Shown piece by piece: positions 42,125 to 52,902 of a DNA stretch of 64,000 nucleotides; the first letter of the stretch is position 1, and every line of letters begins with the position of its first letter. Source of the DNA: a virus; IMG/VR virus record IMGVR_UViG_3300005326_000044, positions 1-64,000 of that record, one strand, 5' to 3'. The position numbers were made by a program, and so were the translations under genes. The notes beneath the pieces are model-generated. The model worked only from the letters and a program-made list of their open reading frames with translations. It made no database searches and was not told the origin of the DNA.

Positions 42125-42553
42125 ATGTCTTACGATTTGAAGCTAGAGAACGGAAACTTAAAGATTGCTTCCAACGGCGATTTGGAACAAGTCAAATATA
42201 CAGATAAGCTCGTACAAGACGTGCTCAAGCTTGCAATTACGCCTCTTGGCGCAAACCAACTTGTTTCTTGGTATGGCTCTAGCGTCGGCAAAACGCTCAT
42301 TGGTGAACCTGCCGATCTTGAATTCGCCAAACAAATAACATCAACCCAGCTGGCTTCTTCGCTTGAAATGTTGAAGCTACTACAAACAAAACAAATGCAG
42401 TATCAAAACGTTGCCGCATCAGAGGCAATAAGCAGGGTATTACAAGTGTATGTTGGGAATGATAAAACTGAACTAAGACAAGTCAATGTTATTATTTCTG
42501 TTCTAACCAGAGCAGGTGTCAGAATAAACCCATCCTTTGTTGTTCATATCTAG
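42125..42553 (+). CDS. Baseplate wedge / sheath initiator, gp25 (GPW)-like
   Basis: DLKL.NG.L....GDL..V...DKLVQD.LK...TPLG.....WYGS pattern; immediately upstream of baseplate J. Confidence 0.8.
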   Translation: MSYDLKLENGNLKIASNGDLEQVKYTDKLVQDVLKLAITPLGANQLVSWYGSSVGKTLIGEPADLEFAKQITSTQLASSLEMLKLLQTKQMQYQNVAASEAISRVLQVYVGNDKTELRQVNVIISVLTRAGVRINPSFVVHI

Positions 42554-42565
42554 TTAAAGAGAACC

Positions 42566-45500
42566 ATGGTTGTAATCCTATCAACGGCCCAGATCGTCCA
42601 GAGAACAATTGATTTCCTTAGAAATGCACAGCCTCTTCTTGATATTAAAGAGGGCTCGGTCGCTCGCGATCTTATGGTTGATTCTGTTGCAGTAAGGATG
42701 AGCGAACTATATGATGAGCTTAACAAAATTTCTACTTCTCAGTCTTTAGCGCGAAGCATCGGCTCAGAACTTGATAATCTAGTAAGCAACTATGGTGAAA
42801 GTAGACGCCCTGCCAGCAGATCAATTGGTCCAGCTATACTAACATTTGAATCTATTTTATCGGACCTAATTATTCCAAGCGGAAGCTTGATCTACTCTAA
42901 AAGTGGCGTAACTTTTCGTGTAATCAGCACCTATTCTATTACGAGCGGTGATGAGGCTAGATATAAGTCGTTAGCTACAAGACTTCAGTCAGATCTTAGT
43001 TACCTAAATATTAGAGATCCTTATGCTATAGAAGTTTTAGCAGAATGCACGACTACTGGAGCCAGCGGCAACATTAGTAAGTATGCCCTTACATCAAGTA
43101 ATATCACAGGCATTACTGGCGTCACGAACGTTGTAGCTTTTAGCGGCGGACTTCAGGCTGAAAGCGACACCGCATATCGCAACAGAATCATTTCCGTTTT
43201 CTCTGGGTCTAACACCGGAACAGAACTAGGCTACACCAACAAAGTAGCCGTTGACCCAGCAGTATTGAGCGTTATCACGGTTGGCCCAGGTGATCCATTG
43301 ATGACTCGGGACGATTCGATTCAGATGACGGATTCTAGCGGGAATCTTGTGTTAGATGAAACGGGCGAACCTATTATCACTACGGACGGCACGGGTGGGA
43401 AAGTAGATGTATATGTTCACGGCTTCAGACTGCTCGAAAACACACAGAGCACTATTTATAACGATAGGTCTGGACAAGATGACGCAACAGCGTCCCAAAA
43501 CGATTTGGTTCTAGGACAAATTCCTGGGTTTGAAACCGCTTCTCTTAATAAAAAGCGCATGCACGCTAAGAGGACAAGAGCGCTACCTGCACAACCAGTT
43601 GTTTCTATTCTTGAGGTTGTTGGCTCTCGAAGCGGAGCATTCCAAAGCGAGACGATCAATGAATATGGCGTATCTTCTGGGAATTATCGTCTTGTAAAAG
43701 ACACTGGAGCTTATGCTGGCAGCCCGTTTGGTTTGGATAAAATCCAATGGATTCGTAATTCTACTGAGATTCTTGGAGAAGACGCAACAAAAACAAACAA
43801 TAACGGACAGGACTCTTTAACCTATTCAGACGTTCTTAATATTCAGAACGTGCGAAGAGTTATTACAGTCACAAATGAAAATTCAATTGTTAGTAAAGCT
43901 GATCGGTCTGAGATTACTTTAGCTCACACTCCTATCCGAAACATTATTAAGGTTGTAAACCTTACAACTGGTGAAAGATATGTAGTAAGCGATCGTAACC
44001 CTGATGGCGTCAGCGGAGCATATAACTTGACCGGTAGAATTATTATCTCTGGTAATTCGTTGCCTTCTGTAAGCGACACCTTGCAGGTAGATTATGAGTG
44101 GATTTTCTACCACGACACTTATGTTGATTTTGATTCCAAAGCAATATCTGATAACATCAGAACGGCCACCGATTGTGTAGACTGGGGCTATTCAAACATG
44201 ATTCGTCGAGAGCAAGTAATGCTTTCGATTGACAATAATGTTGCTTCCCTTGTCGTGTCATTACCCGTTGCTGCCGTAGCAAATGTGAACAAAGTCTACA
44301 CTGATTTGTCCAAAATTGTTACACTTGATAATTCCGGAAACCTACAAATCAGCAACTTAACACAATCAGTTTCTAATGTTGTTTCTGTTAGAACAATATC
44401 TGGAAAAGAATTATTTAGAACCAACAAAAACAACGGTTATTTCGACAACAACAAGATTGTTTTACCAACCGATAGTCCTGCCGCTCAAGGTGACATCGTT
44501 GATATAGTTTATAATGCAAGAGATATTTTTATGGTCAACAATGTATCTGGAAGCTTTTCAGATACAACTATTACTCTTTTACCAGGAGCTATAACCGAAT
44601 ACGGACTTCAAGACGGCGACTTGCTTGAAGTAAATTACATTTGTTCAGTATCTGAACTGTTCCCCACAACGGATATTTCTACGCTGCCTGCTGCTGGGCC
44701 GACAAACGCAAACAAGTTTAACACAGCATTAAGAACTGCGTTTGGTTTTCAGCCGATTTGTAATGTGTTCTCTGGAAACGTTATAACCGGCAACCTAAGA
44801 AAGTCGCCATCTAAATTGGCTATTAATTTCTCCGGCATTCTTACTCCTGGAGTTCTTAGTATTAAGGGCGACGTTTACAATTTGTTTGATCAGGTAGTAT
44901 TTACAGCTACATCAAATGGCATCATACAAGACTTGACCGGAGCCATTAAATTAGGGCTAGGATTAGGCTCGGATGATTCTTTACCGGCCAATATTCGTTT
45001 GGCTAAGATTGTAAAGGTTGAAAAAGTTGAAGCAACCAACAGTATAGTTACTTCGGTTCTATCTGATTACGATGTTGTTGGGTACAAGCTGAAAAACGCA
45101 GACTTCACTTTAGATACAGCCGTTACAGAAGCTACTTTGCGCCCTACACAATTTGAGCTTCCTAGCACCACGACAAATGAGGCTTCGCCTATTTTGGCTG
45201 GCGATAAGCTAAGAGTTTCATTTTATACTTTTACTCCGGATGTTACTGAACAAGTGTCTGTTTCAACCAACGGCATTCAATACACCACAAATAGTTATGG
45301 GCACATAACTCTTATTTCTGTTGCCAGCGGATTCAAAACAGGAACAACGTATACTGGATCTATTTCAATATCCGCGATGAACCAACCTTCTATTGGAACA
45401 AGATATAAAGCCGCTTATACGCATAGGACTCCTAAACCAGGAGAAAGAATCACGATGCGATATAGCTACAATTCGCTTATCAATGACGTAACTATAAACT

Positions 45501-45844
45501 TAGAACGAGATCGTCAGTTGACCGCTGATGTTTTGATCAAAGAAGCGCCTTACATCCAAATAGACTTAACTGCCTCTATTATTATAGCGAAAACACACAA
45601 GAACTCATCAAGATCAGTCGCTCAAAGCGTAGCCGATGCTATCACGGCAACCATCAATCAACTTAAGATGGGCTCGGTGCTTCATGCTTCAGATCTGATT
45701 AATGCCGCGTATCAAGTTGCTGGGTTAGATTCCATAAGAATTACAAGGTTCAACAAGGCCGGTCTCACCGGTCAGGTTTTGAAAATTCAAACGCTAAGAA
45801 ATCAATACCTTCAAGCAAACACAATTTCAATAACTATAGAATAA
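42566..45844 (+). CDS. Baseplate J-like wedge protein (gp6/gp47 family), extended
   Basis: EGSVARDL...G.ELD.L..NYG..R.PA....G and ECTTTGASGN...VTN..AFSGG...ESD.AYRNRI are baseplate-J signatures. Confidence 0.85.
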   Translation: MVVILSTAQIVQRTIDFLRNAQPLLDIKEGSVARDLMVDSVAVRMSELYDELNKISTSQSLARSIGSELDNLVSNYGESRRPASRSIGPAILTFESILSDLIIPSGSLIYSKSGVTFRVISTYSITSGDEARYKSLATRLQSDLSYLNIRDPYAIEVLAECTTTGASGNISKYALTSSNITGITGVTNVVAFSGGLQAESDTAYRNRIISVFSGSNTGTELGYTNKVAVDPAVLSVITVGPGDPLMTRDDSIQMTDSSGNLVLDETGEPIITTDGTGGKVDVYVHGFRLLENTQSTIYNDRSGQDDATASQNDLVLGQIPGFETASLNKKRMHAKRTRALPAQPVVSILEVVGSRSGAFQSETINEYGVSSGNYRLVKDTGAYAGSPFGLDKIQWIRNSTEILGEDATKTNNNGQDSLTYSDVLNIQNVRRVITVTNENSIVSKADRSEITLAHTPIRNIIKVVNLTTGERYVVSDRNPDGVSGAYNLTGRIIISGNSLPSVSDTLQVDYEWIFYHDTYVDFDSKAISDNIRTATDCVDWGYSNMIRREQVMLSIDNNVASLVVSLPVAAVANVNKVYTDLSKIVTLDNSGNLQISNLTQSVSNVVSVRTISGKELFRTNKNNGYFDNNKIVLPTDSPAAQGDIVDIVYNARDIFMVNNVSGSFSDTTITLLPGAITEYGLQDGDLLEVNYICSVSELFPTTDISTLPAAGPTNANKFNTALRTAFGFQPICNVFSGNVITGNLRKSPSKLAINFSGILTPGVLSIKGDVYNLFDQVVFTATSNGIIQDLTGAIKLGLGLGSDDSLPANIRLAKIVKVEKVEATNSIVTSVLSDYDVVGYKLKNADFTLDTAVTEATLRPTQFELPSTTTNEASPILAGDKLRVSFYTFTPDVTEQVSVSTNGIQYTTNSYGHITLISVASGFKTGTTYTGSISISAMNQPSIGTRYKAAYTHRTPKPGERITMRYSYNSLINDVTINLERDRQLTADVLIKEAPYIQIDLTASIIIAKTHKNSSRSVAQSVADAITATINQLKMGSVLHASDLINAAYQVAGLDSIRITRFNKAGLTGQVLKIQTLRNQYLQANTISITIE

Positions 45845-45854
45845 CCCAGCATAA
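45840..45854 (+). promoter_or_regulatory. Representative copy of a candidate phage late-promoter motif AATAA-N4-RYAT(A/T)
   Basis: AATAAcccaGCATAA. Similar copies lie upstream of gene starts at 6220, 7819, 15282, 15322, 15707, 22202, 23194, 25836, 29968 and 42081. Confidence 0.5.
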
Positions 45855-45888
45855 GTAAGAAAGAATATCCTACCGCTGCTAAGGAACG

Positions 45889-48800
45889 ATGGTAACAAAT
45901 CTCAGAATAGTGGAATGTAAGGTTTTAAATTCTCGCACAATTCGAGCCAGATTTTCTGAACCGCTTGATTCTACAGTGCGCGCAGAAAATATTAGCGTTG
46001 CATCCATCACATCAGGCGTACCAGACCCGATAGTAACGAAAACCGCTATCAAGCCTAACAACGTGCTTGATATAACAACATTGCCTCTATCTCCAGCAGC
46101 ACATTACGAAATTACTTTTGCCAGCACAAATCTCAGGCCGTTCAGAAGCGTCAACGGCTCGGTTTTATTTGAAGACGGAAAAACAAACATTTTAGTAATT
46201 ACTGGTCCACCATCGACAGATAATTTTGTGTTCAATCGAATGGTGAAATTTCTAAAAGATACACCATATGAAACAGACCAGCCTGGAGTTATCAAAGATT
46301 ATCTACACACTGTTTCAGACCTTTTGATGAAATCGTTTCACGATATTCGCCAGTGTAAATCTGATAATTACCTAAACATTTTAGTTACTGACGAAATTCA
46401 CAAGAGAGAATCTGGGCCATTTGATCGTTTGGATAATGAAGGGGTATACGAGATATTACGGGTTGGCCTAAACCAAACTGGAACAACCATCCAACATTCA
46501 GCTTCATATAGTGAGTTTCCAGCTACGCCTGTATCTCTTCAGGAAGTTAGAGTTGCCAATGAACAGCTTCGAACTGCCGGTGCTGGAAGTGTTGGTTTCT
46601 ATAAAGACGTTTTGACGTTAGCTCACGCTAACATTATTCGACTTGATTCGATGACTGTTTTCTATGAAAATGGTTCAACAGCAAATTACGACATCAATGC
46701 TTACGGATATCAGCTTCAAACATCCAGGTATGACAAAAAAGCTTCGCCTTTAGTTGCTTTAGAAAATAACCAAGTTAAACTTAGTGATAAAGCTATTTTT
46801 TCTGGATTCAAAGCGCCTGTGCCTGGAGACATTGTTCACATAAGTTATGCTTATAAGGACACCGGTAGAATTGTTGAACAAGCTGATGATATTTCTATTT
46901 ATGAAATCAAGCAAGCTGTACGTGAAGTGTGTCCTCCAGTTGCAACCGTCTTTTCGCTAGGGCATGCCCCAATTACAGATCAAAGCGGGCAAACTACACC
47001 AGCGTTGAATGAAATTCAATTTTTAGACCCTCTTGCTGTTCCTCCGTACTCAAGACGGCACGCAGCCTTTCAAAAGGAAATTGATTATAACCCCGAGAGG
47101 ATGCCGTCGGTCGCTGGTGAATACTCTATCGATTATGACACTGGTAAAGTGTACGTGTACGGTATAAACAGAACCGAGGATGTTGGAACTGGAAGATTTC
47201 CTCCGGTATGCACGTACTATTATAAATTCCTATACACAGCTGATTTAGATTACACCTACAACGAAACTCTACAGGAAGTTGCAGCAAGTTCTATTAGAGA
47301 CTTGCCTGGGAAAAATGTTGTCTTACAATTTAGATACTCTAACAATCTAATTCCTGGTGTTGATTTTTCTGCTCAAATTCATACTGAAGAACTCGCGGAG
47401 CGCGTTCAAAACAGAGTTTCTACTCAACGTTCCGTAAAAGTATTACACCCACCAATAACCAATGCGTTTCGCGTATTGAACGAAACAACAGGTGAGCAAT
47501 ACGGTATCACCAGGTTTAATGATGATACCATTTACTTTAATTCCCAAACTCCACCATCATTTTTTACTATCAACCGGGAACGAGTAACCTTTAAACAATT
47601 TTCAAATGAGCCTCTAATTAAATCGGATGAAACAACTAATGCTGGCGGATTGAATGTTTGGAAATTCTTTCTAAATAACTCTAAGATTGTTTCAACAACA
47701 GATGATTGCTTGGGTTCAAAAATCAGCACATCGCTAATGTTTACCGATACAGATTCGTTTAGTAACGAATTGTATTTCGAGCGTGACGCAACCGTTACCG
47801 CGAATGTTGATAGGCTAACGGCGTATGGTGATTATGTTGTTGATTACTATAATGGAATTATCTGGTGTGCTGTTCCTTCAAATCATGTTGATAATGTAGG
47901 CGCAATTTCTTATCGAGCATGTTGGATTGTTACTAATTATCCAAATATTATGTCTGTTCTTGATTTGTATACTCAAACTGACGGCGAAGCACAAAAAATC
48001 AAATACGATTATGCTGATTTTGACGCAGAGACCGTTAGCCTTTTGCAGTATCCGTCTTCTGATATTTATCTTTCAGAGGACACCACTTTAACTATTGTTG
48101 ACGGTGTAATTTCTTTGCCAATTGCAGGCAAGATGGTGCGTCATCTGTATGATTATTCTTCGGTGGTCAACAATGAGTTATTGATTGATTTCGCTTCCGC
48201 TACCACTGTAACAGGGTCTGCCGCCAATGTAGGCGCAGTCTCTCATTATACAACAGCACAAGTAGCAGGAAATGGCACCATAGTGTTAAGTGATTTGCCC
48301 GTAAACGTTAAGCTTACCTCCATCACAAGAATTCTAAACTCTCAAGGAACAGAGTTGTTCAACACGCAAATCGCTGATGGAAGCGTTTTGAATCATACAG
48401 TTACTCTTCCTTCAGATACAACCGCAATTGCTGGAGAATCGGTAACCGTTATTGCGATGGTTGAATTAGTAAATTCGACTTCTGTTCTTGTTGATGTTGA
48501 TGCTGGCGGGCTGTTTATTGATTATATCTTTTGTAACGACGAGATTGTTGTTAGTTATGAACATGGTGATAATTGTCTTGATTTTCGCGAGTCTACAACC
48601 GTTCCAGAAGGAACTATTTACTATGTAACATATCGGTATGGCGCGCTTCGCGATGCTCTTTTTGCAAACTTTGGGTCCATTATTGAAATGGATATTTTCA
48701 AAGAATTTAGCGTAAACTTGCCGCGAGAACGGTATCGCGATGCGATAATGGCTTGTCTTCAAACGTTTCCTAAAGGACCAACTGCCGCTGCTGTTTCAAA

Positions 48801-51800
48801 TATTGCTAAGATTATATCTAAGGTAGCACCAGAGATTAGAGAGAGCTTCTTCCAAGAGTGGATTCTTGGGACAAGCTATTTGTATAATTCCAATCCTGTT
48901 GTAACTGGTACGCCAGAATTGCTTCCTGGCAAATATAACTCTGGCATTAATCTTTCTAACTCAGACGAGACGGTTACCGTCCCCTTTGGCTCACACGTTC
49001 AGCTTGAGGAAGGAACGCTGGAGTTCTTTGTCACTCCAAATTGGAACGGGCTAGATTGCAACGCTGATATCACCTTTACAATTACAAGAGATGCTGTAGC
49101 CCTTGAGGCGGAACACATTTTTATTGGTGCTTCGGCTGCGAATCCTGTTTTAGATTACGACGGTAAATTTGTTGTAACTAAAGACGAATCAACCAAGAGT
49201 ATTCCGTCCAATATTTCTCTTATTAACTACGGCGCTTTTGTCTATTATGATTCTGATTTGAAACTTTGGAAAGTTCTTTTTAAGGATGAGCCTACAGGAC
49301 ATACGTATAGCGCAATCATTGAAGCTTCTGATGCTGAATTTTGTAACGTTCAACCTATCGCCAATACGTTCAATCTAGGCGATAAGGTTACAACCACAAG
49401 AAACAGAATTACTGTGGAAATGAACCTGGACGCTAACGAACCAGTAAGGGCTGATGGATATCATGATGGATATTATGGGTTAGATGGATACGTTGCAAAT
49501 TATAGCTTTGATGGGTTACAGTTTGTTTCTACTTCTGAAAACTATTTCATAGACTTTGGTGAGTCTCCCAATGAGAACCGCATTTCTATTTTCAAGGATG
49601 GCCGAGGTTATCTTGTTTTTAGAATTTGCAGCAAAAAAGACAGACTAGGAAAACCGCATATTTATCAGATTAGCAAAGATATTTCTGATTGGGAAGTTGG
49701 CAAAACCCATGCGATAGGCGCCAGCTGGAGAGTTAATTCGGTTGACAAAAATGATGAAATGCATCTGTTCGTTGACGGCTTAGAGGTACCTAACATCATT
49801 AGATATGGCGGTAGACCAAAATCTTCGGCAACTGATCGCTTTAGAAACGTAGTTCCAGAGATTCTCTCCGACGCTGTGCCAGCAAATGTAACAACTGGAA
49901 ACGATCTTGTTATCACAAGTGGGTCAAATATCCTTTCATCTTCATCTGTAGATTTCGGTATAGCTGGAATCCAGGTTGGCGACAAACTGTATATCGAAGA
50001 GCCTGTTTATGAACACCCGGTTGATGGATATTTTACAATCACCGAAATTGTTACTGGACATTCTGTTCAAGTTAATCATACGTTTAACTTTACTTTATCT
50101 GAAGTTACCTTTAGCGTAAACAAATGGCAAGTGCCTACTTCCATCGATCTTATGTTTGAATCGAACATAGCAGTTTCGGTAATTAGTGCTTTAACAGGCG
50201 AAGAAACAGAAATTCCGGGAGTGCGAGCCGATGTGCCTTTTTATTCGATTACTGTAAGCGATACAGGACAACCTTATCTTGTACTTAAGGGTGGAGCCCA
50301 GGTGGGAGATAGAATAGCTATAAGAAGCCTTGGTTTGAATTATAGAAGAGCAAGAGATAGACGATATGTATGGGGAAGCTCCTCAAGCATTATTCGAACA
50401 AATCTTCCTCCGCCCATCAACCTAGATTATGTCAAAGTTATTTCCATTCTAAAGCCGTTGCTAAGCGTTGGAAATATTAATGCCACACCTACTCCTCAGG
50501 AAGTTCCTGGCGGCGGCGTAATATGGATGATTGACAATGAAAACATTCCTGGACAGCTAACAAACCTAAACCTGACCGGAGTAACGAATATCAATTCAAC
50601 GGAAGGGCGACTGTGGGTTAGCATATTTGCTGACGCTTATGTTATGTTTTATCCAACTGCAACATCTGGTTGGGGAGACACAGTAGCCGTTGCCTATATC
50701 GATAATGTCGGTGGAACATATAACGTTATTGAGTTGCATGGGTCTGGAATTTCTGGAACGTTGGACCTTGTGCCTAATGCGCAAACCGATTATCCTCAAG
50801 TTTATTCAACAGAAGGTTCCTCAACCGTTTACGTTAATATTCTTGATGTATCCATGACTGTTGACAAACAACCCATTGGAAATAGTGGGCGAACAATTGA
50901 GTTCGACGTTCGCAACGTTGGAAACATTGACGGTTATGCTAACATTGAAATTACAGGAACAACATATTCCGGCGCAACAACAGAAACAATCGAAGTCATT
51001 ACCCCTGGGTCTTATCTATCCTCCGAGCAGTTTATAACCATTTCAAATGTTCGCGTTGTTGGTAAGGTCTTTTCTTTTGCAAATCCACTTATGCATTTGG
51101 AGATAAAAGAAGCATATGGTTTGACGCAAAGCGAAAATGATGCTGTGCCCGCTATCATTCGATATTCCTTCAAGGAAACCACGATTACGGATCTTGAGGC
51201 AATCGACTTTGACACCTTAACATCAAGTACAACCTATTTTTATAGCGACAGTATTGGGCGTCAAGTTGTCATTACGAATCCCCCAGCTGCGGCTGGTACA
51301 TATTCGATTTTAGAAATTGTTGATGACAACACTGTTAAAATAGACGGATATGTTCAGCTTTTTGCTTCTGGCACAGCTGACATTTACAACACATCTATTA
51401 CTCGTAGCGGTTTTGCTAACGGCATGTTTACGTTTGAGCAAATGGGCAGCGCTGGCGTTCCATTTATTATACCGCAAGGTTATTATGATTTCGATTATGG
51501 AACTACGTTAGAGCTTCCTTTTGAAATTTCTTCTGCGCGCAACATGTATGTTGGAAGCAATTACAGCGGCACAAAACAAGCAGATGCTATTATTGAAGAA
51601 CTAATCTCACTTTCTGAATGTCTTACTGACGTTCGTGTTGGTGAAAGAGCTTCTACTCAGGACCGCAGCATTACTTCAGACGCCGTTTCCGTGACTCCAG
51701 CTGTGGCAGACGAAAACACCTTGTTATTGTTACATTTTGATTCTTTGCCGTTAGTAGATTCTTCTACGCCATATACATCATTTACAAACGAATATATTCA

Positions 51801-52896
51801 AACATCTAGGGGCGTAAATTCTAACTTTGGCAAGGCTTTGGTCGTGAAAGAAAAGCCTTTGGTTTTAGATAATACCAACATATTGTTCAATAATGAAGGC
51901 ACTATCGAATTTTGGGTTAGTCCGATGTTTGACACATACAACGATCCAATAGGCCGAGTGTATTTCGACGCTGCTGCATCATATGTTTTTGAAACGACAA
52001 GCTCTACAAAACGAGACGTTTTATTAAGCAGAGCAGCAAAAGCTATTATTAGTGTTACTATTATTGGAGACAAAACCAATACAAATTATGCTTCGGGCTC
52101 TAAGCTTTATGACAACCAGTTAGGCATTCGTCTTGGACTAGAACTTCCTGAAGCTAATACCCCGGTAAAAATTACCTACATTCCTGCTCGTGGCAACGGG
52201 GATAGAATTTCAATTTACAAGACTTCTTCGAACGCCTGTAACTTTGATATTGTAGCCAATCAAAAATTACACAGTCTTTCAACGCCAATTTTCTGGCCAA
52301 GAAATACATGGCATAAAATTACGGCTACTTGGTCCTGCAATTCTCGCCAGGGAACTGACACTATGCATTTGTTTATAGATGGACAGGAAAAAGTTAAGCT
52401 CATGCTTGGCTCTGGTTTGAATTTTGGATCAGAATATACTTTTGGAACAGTAACATCATTCGTGTCTCCCAATGCTGTTTTGGACAACATCATCTTGAAA
52501 GATTCGTTCAATAAACTGTATGTTGGCGGAAACGCATATGGTGGTTTCCTATCAAACAGCAGAATCGATAACTTGAAGATTTCTAAGAAACAAAAATCTT
52601 TTATCACTATTAACGGACAAAGATACGACAATGATTATACCACAAACACTGCGTTGGCTTTGCCTGTAATTGAGGACACGTATACTACTTATTTGATGGA
52701 CTTTGAAAGTGAAAAAGTAAAAATAGAAGATTTTGCTATTTTGAAAAATAGCATTACCGGCATCTTTGACTTCGAAATTGATGTAATAGACTCTTTTGGC
52801 ATAGTAAATAGCAGCCAAAAGGTGCAAGAGATAATAACAGCACTAATCAACAAACTCAAGCCAGCAAACTCCCGAGCATTTATCAACATACTATAA
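45889..52896 (+). CDS. Giant baseplate wedge protein (gpI/gp7-like core) carrying LamG/ConA-like lectin domains
   Basis: gpI-like elements ERYRDAI......KGPT...V and terminal KLKPANSRAFI. Two LamG-like blocks: EGT(L/I)EF(F/W)V.P, W.....H.I.A(S/T)W and MHLF(V/I)DG. Confidence 0.6.
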   Translation: MVTNLRIVECKVLNSRTIRARFSEPLDSTVRAENISVASITSGVPDPIVTKTAIKPNNVLDITTLPLSPAAHYEITFASTNLRPFRSVNGSVLFEDGKTNILVITGPPSTDNFVFNRMVKFLKDTPYETDQPGVIKDYLHTVSDLLMKSFHDIRQCKSDNYLNILVTDEIHKRESGPFDRLDNEGVYEILRVGLNQTGTTIQHSASYSEFPATPVSLQEVRVANEQLRTAGAGSVGFYKDVLTLAHANIIRLDSMTVFYENGSTANYDINAYGYQLQTSRYDKKASPLVALENNQVKLSDKAIFSGFKAPVPGDIVHISYAYKDTGRIVEQADDISIYEIKQAVREVCPPVATVFSLGHAPITDQSGQTTPALNEIQFLDPLAVPPYSRRHAAFQKEIDYNPERMPSVAGEYSIDYDTGKVYVYGINRTEDVGTGRFPPVCTYYYKFLYTADLDYTYNETLQEVAASSIRDLPGKNVVLQFRYSNNLIPGVDFSAQIHTEELAERVQNRVSTQRSVKVLHPPITNAFRVLNETTGEQYGITRFNDDTIYFNSQTPPSFFTINRERVTFKQFSNEPLIKSDETTNAGGLNVWKFFLNNSKIVSTTDDCLGSKISTSLMFTDTDSFSNELYFERDATVTANVDRLTAYGDYVVDYYNGIIWCAVPSNHVDNVGAISYRACWIVTNYPNIMSVLDLYTQTDGEAQKIKYDYADFDAETVSLLQYPSSDIYLSEDTTLTIVDGVISLPIAGKMVRHLYDYSSVVNNELLIDFASATTVTGSAANVGAVSHYTTAQVAGNGTIVLSDLPVNVKLTSITRILNSQGTELFNTQIADGSVLNHTVTLPSDTTAIAGESVTVIAMVELVNSTSVLVDVDAGGLFIDYIFCNDEIVVSYEHGDNCLDFRESTTVPEGTIYYVTYRYGALRDALFANFGSIIEMDIFKEFSVNLPRERYRDAIMACLQTFPKGPTAAAVSNIAKIISKVAPEIRESFFQEWILGTSYLYNSNPVVTGTPELLPGKYNSGINLSNSDETVTVPFGSHVQLEEGTLEFFVTPNWNGLDCNADITFTITRDAVALEAEHIFIGASAANPVLDYDGKFVVTKDESTKSIPSNISLINYGAFVYYDSDLKLWKVLFKDEPTGHTYSAIIEASDAEFCNVQPIANTFNLGDKVTTTRNRITVEMNLDANEPVRADGYHDGYYGLDGYVANYSFDGLQFVSTSENYFIDFGESPNENRISIFKDGRGYLVFRICSKKDRLGKPHIYQISKDISDWEVGKTHAIGASWRVNSVDKNDEMHLFVDGLEVPNIIRYGGRPKSSATDRFRNVVPEILSDAVPANVTTGNDLVITSGSNILSSSSVDFGIAGIQVGDKLYIEEPVYEHPVDGYFTITEIVTGHSVQVNHTFNFTLSEVTFSVNKWQVPTSIDLMFESNIAVSVISALTGEETEIPGVRADVPFYSITVSDTGQPYLVLKGGAQVGDRIAIRSLGLNYRRARDRRYVWGSSSSIIRTNLPPPINLDYVKVISILKPLLSVGNINATPTPQEVPGGGVIWMIDNENIPGQLTNLNLTGVTNINSTEGRLWVSIFADAYVMFYPTATSGWGDTVAVAYIDNVGGTYNVIELHGSGISGTLDLVPNAQTDYPQVYSTEGSSTVYVNILDVSMTVDKQPIGNSGRTIEFDVRNVGNIDGYANIEITGTTYSGATTETIEVITPGSYLSSEQFITISNVRVVGKVFSFANPLMHLEIKEAYGLTQSENDAVPAIIRYSFKETTITDLEAIDFDTLTSSTTYFYSDSIGRQVVITNPPAAAGTYSILEIVDDNTVKIDGYVQLFASGTADIYNTSITRSGFANGMFTFEQMGSAGVPFIIPQGYYDFDYGTTLELPFEISSARNMYVGSNYSGTKQADAIIEELISLSECLTDVRVGERASTQDRSITSDAVSVTPAVADENTLLLLHFDSLPLVDSSTPYTSFTNEYIQTSRGVNSNFGKALVVKEKPLVLDNTNILFNNEGTIEFWVSPMFDTYNDPIGRVYFDAAASYVFETTSSTKRDVLLSRAAKAIISVTIIGDKTNTNYASGSKLYDNQLGIRLGLELPEANTPVKITYIPARGNGDRISIYKTSSNACNFDIVANQKLHSLSTPIFWPRNTWHKITATWSCNSRQGTDTMHLFIDGQEKVKLMLGSGLNFGSEYTFGTVTSFVSPNAVLDNIILKDSFNKLYVGGNAYGGFLSNSRIDNLKISKKQKSFITINGQRYDNDYTTNTALALPVIEDTYTTYLMDFESEKVKIEDFAILKNSITGIFDFEIDVIDSFGIVNSSQKVQEIITALINKLKPANSRAFINIL

Positions 52897-52902
52897 GGAA
52901 CC

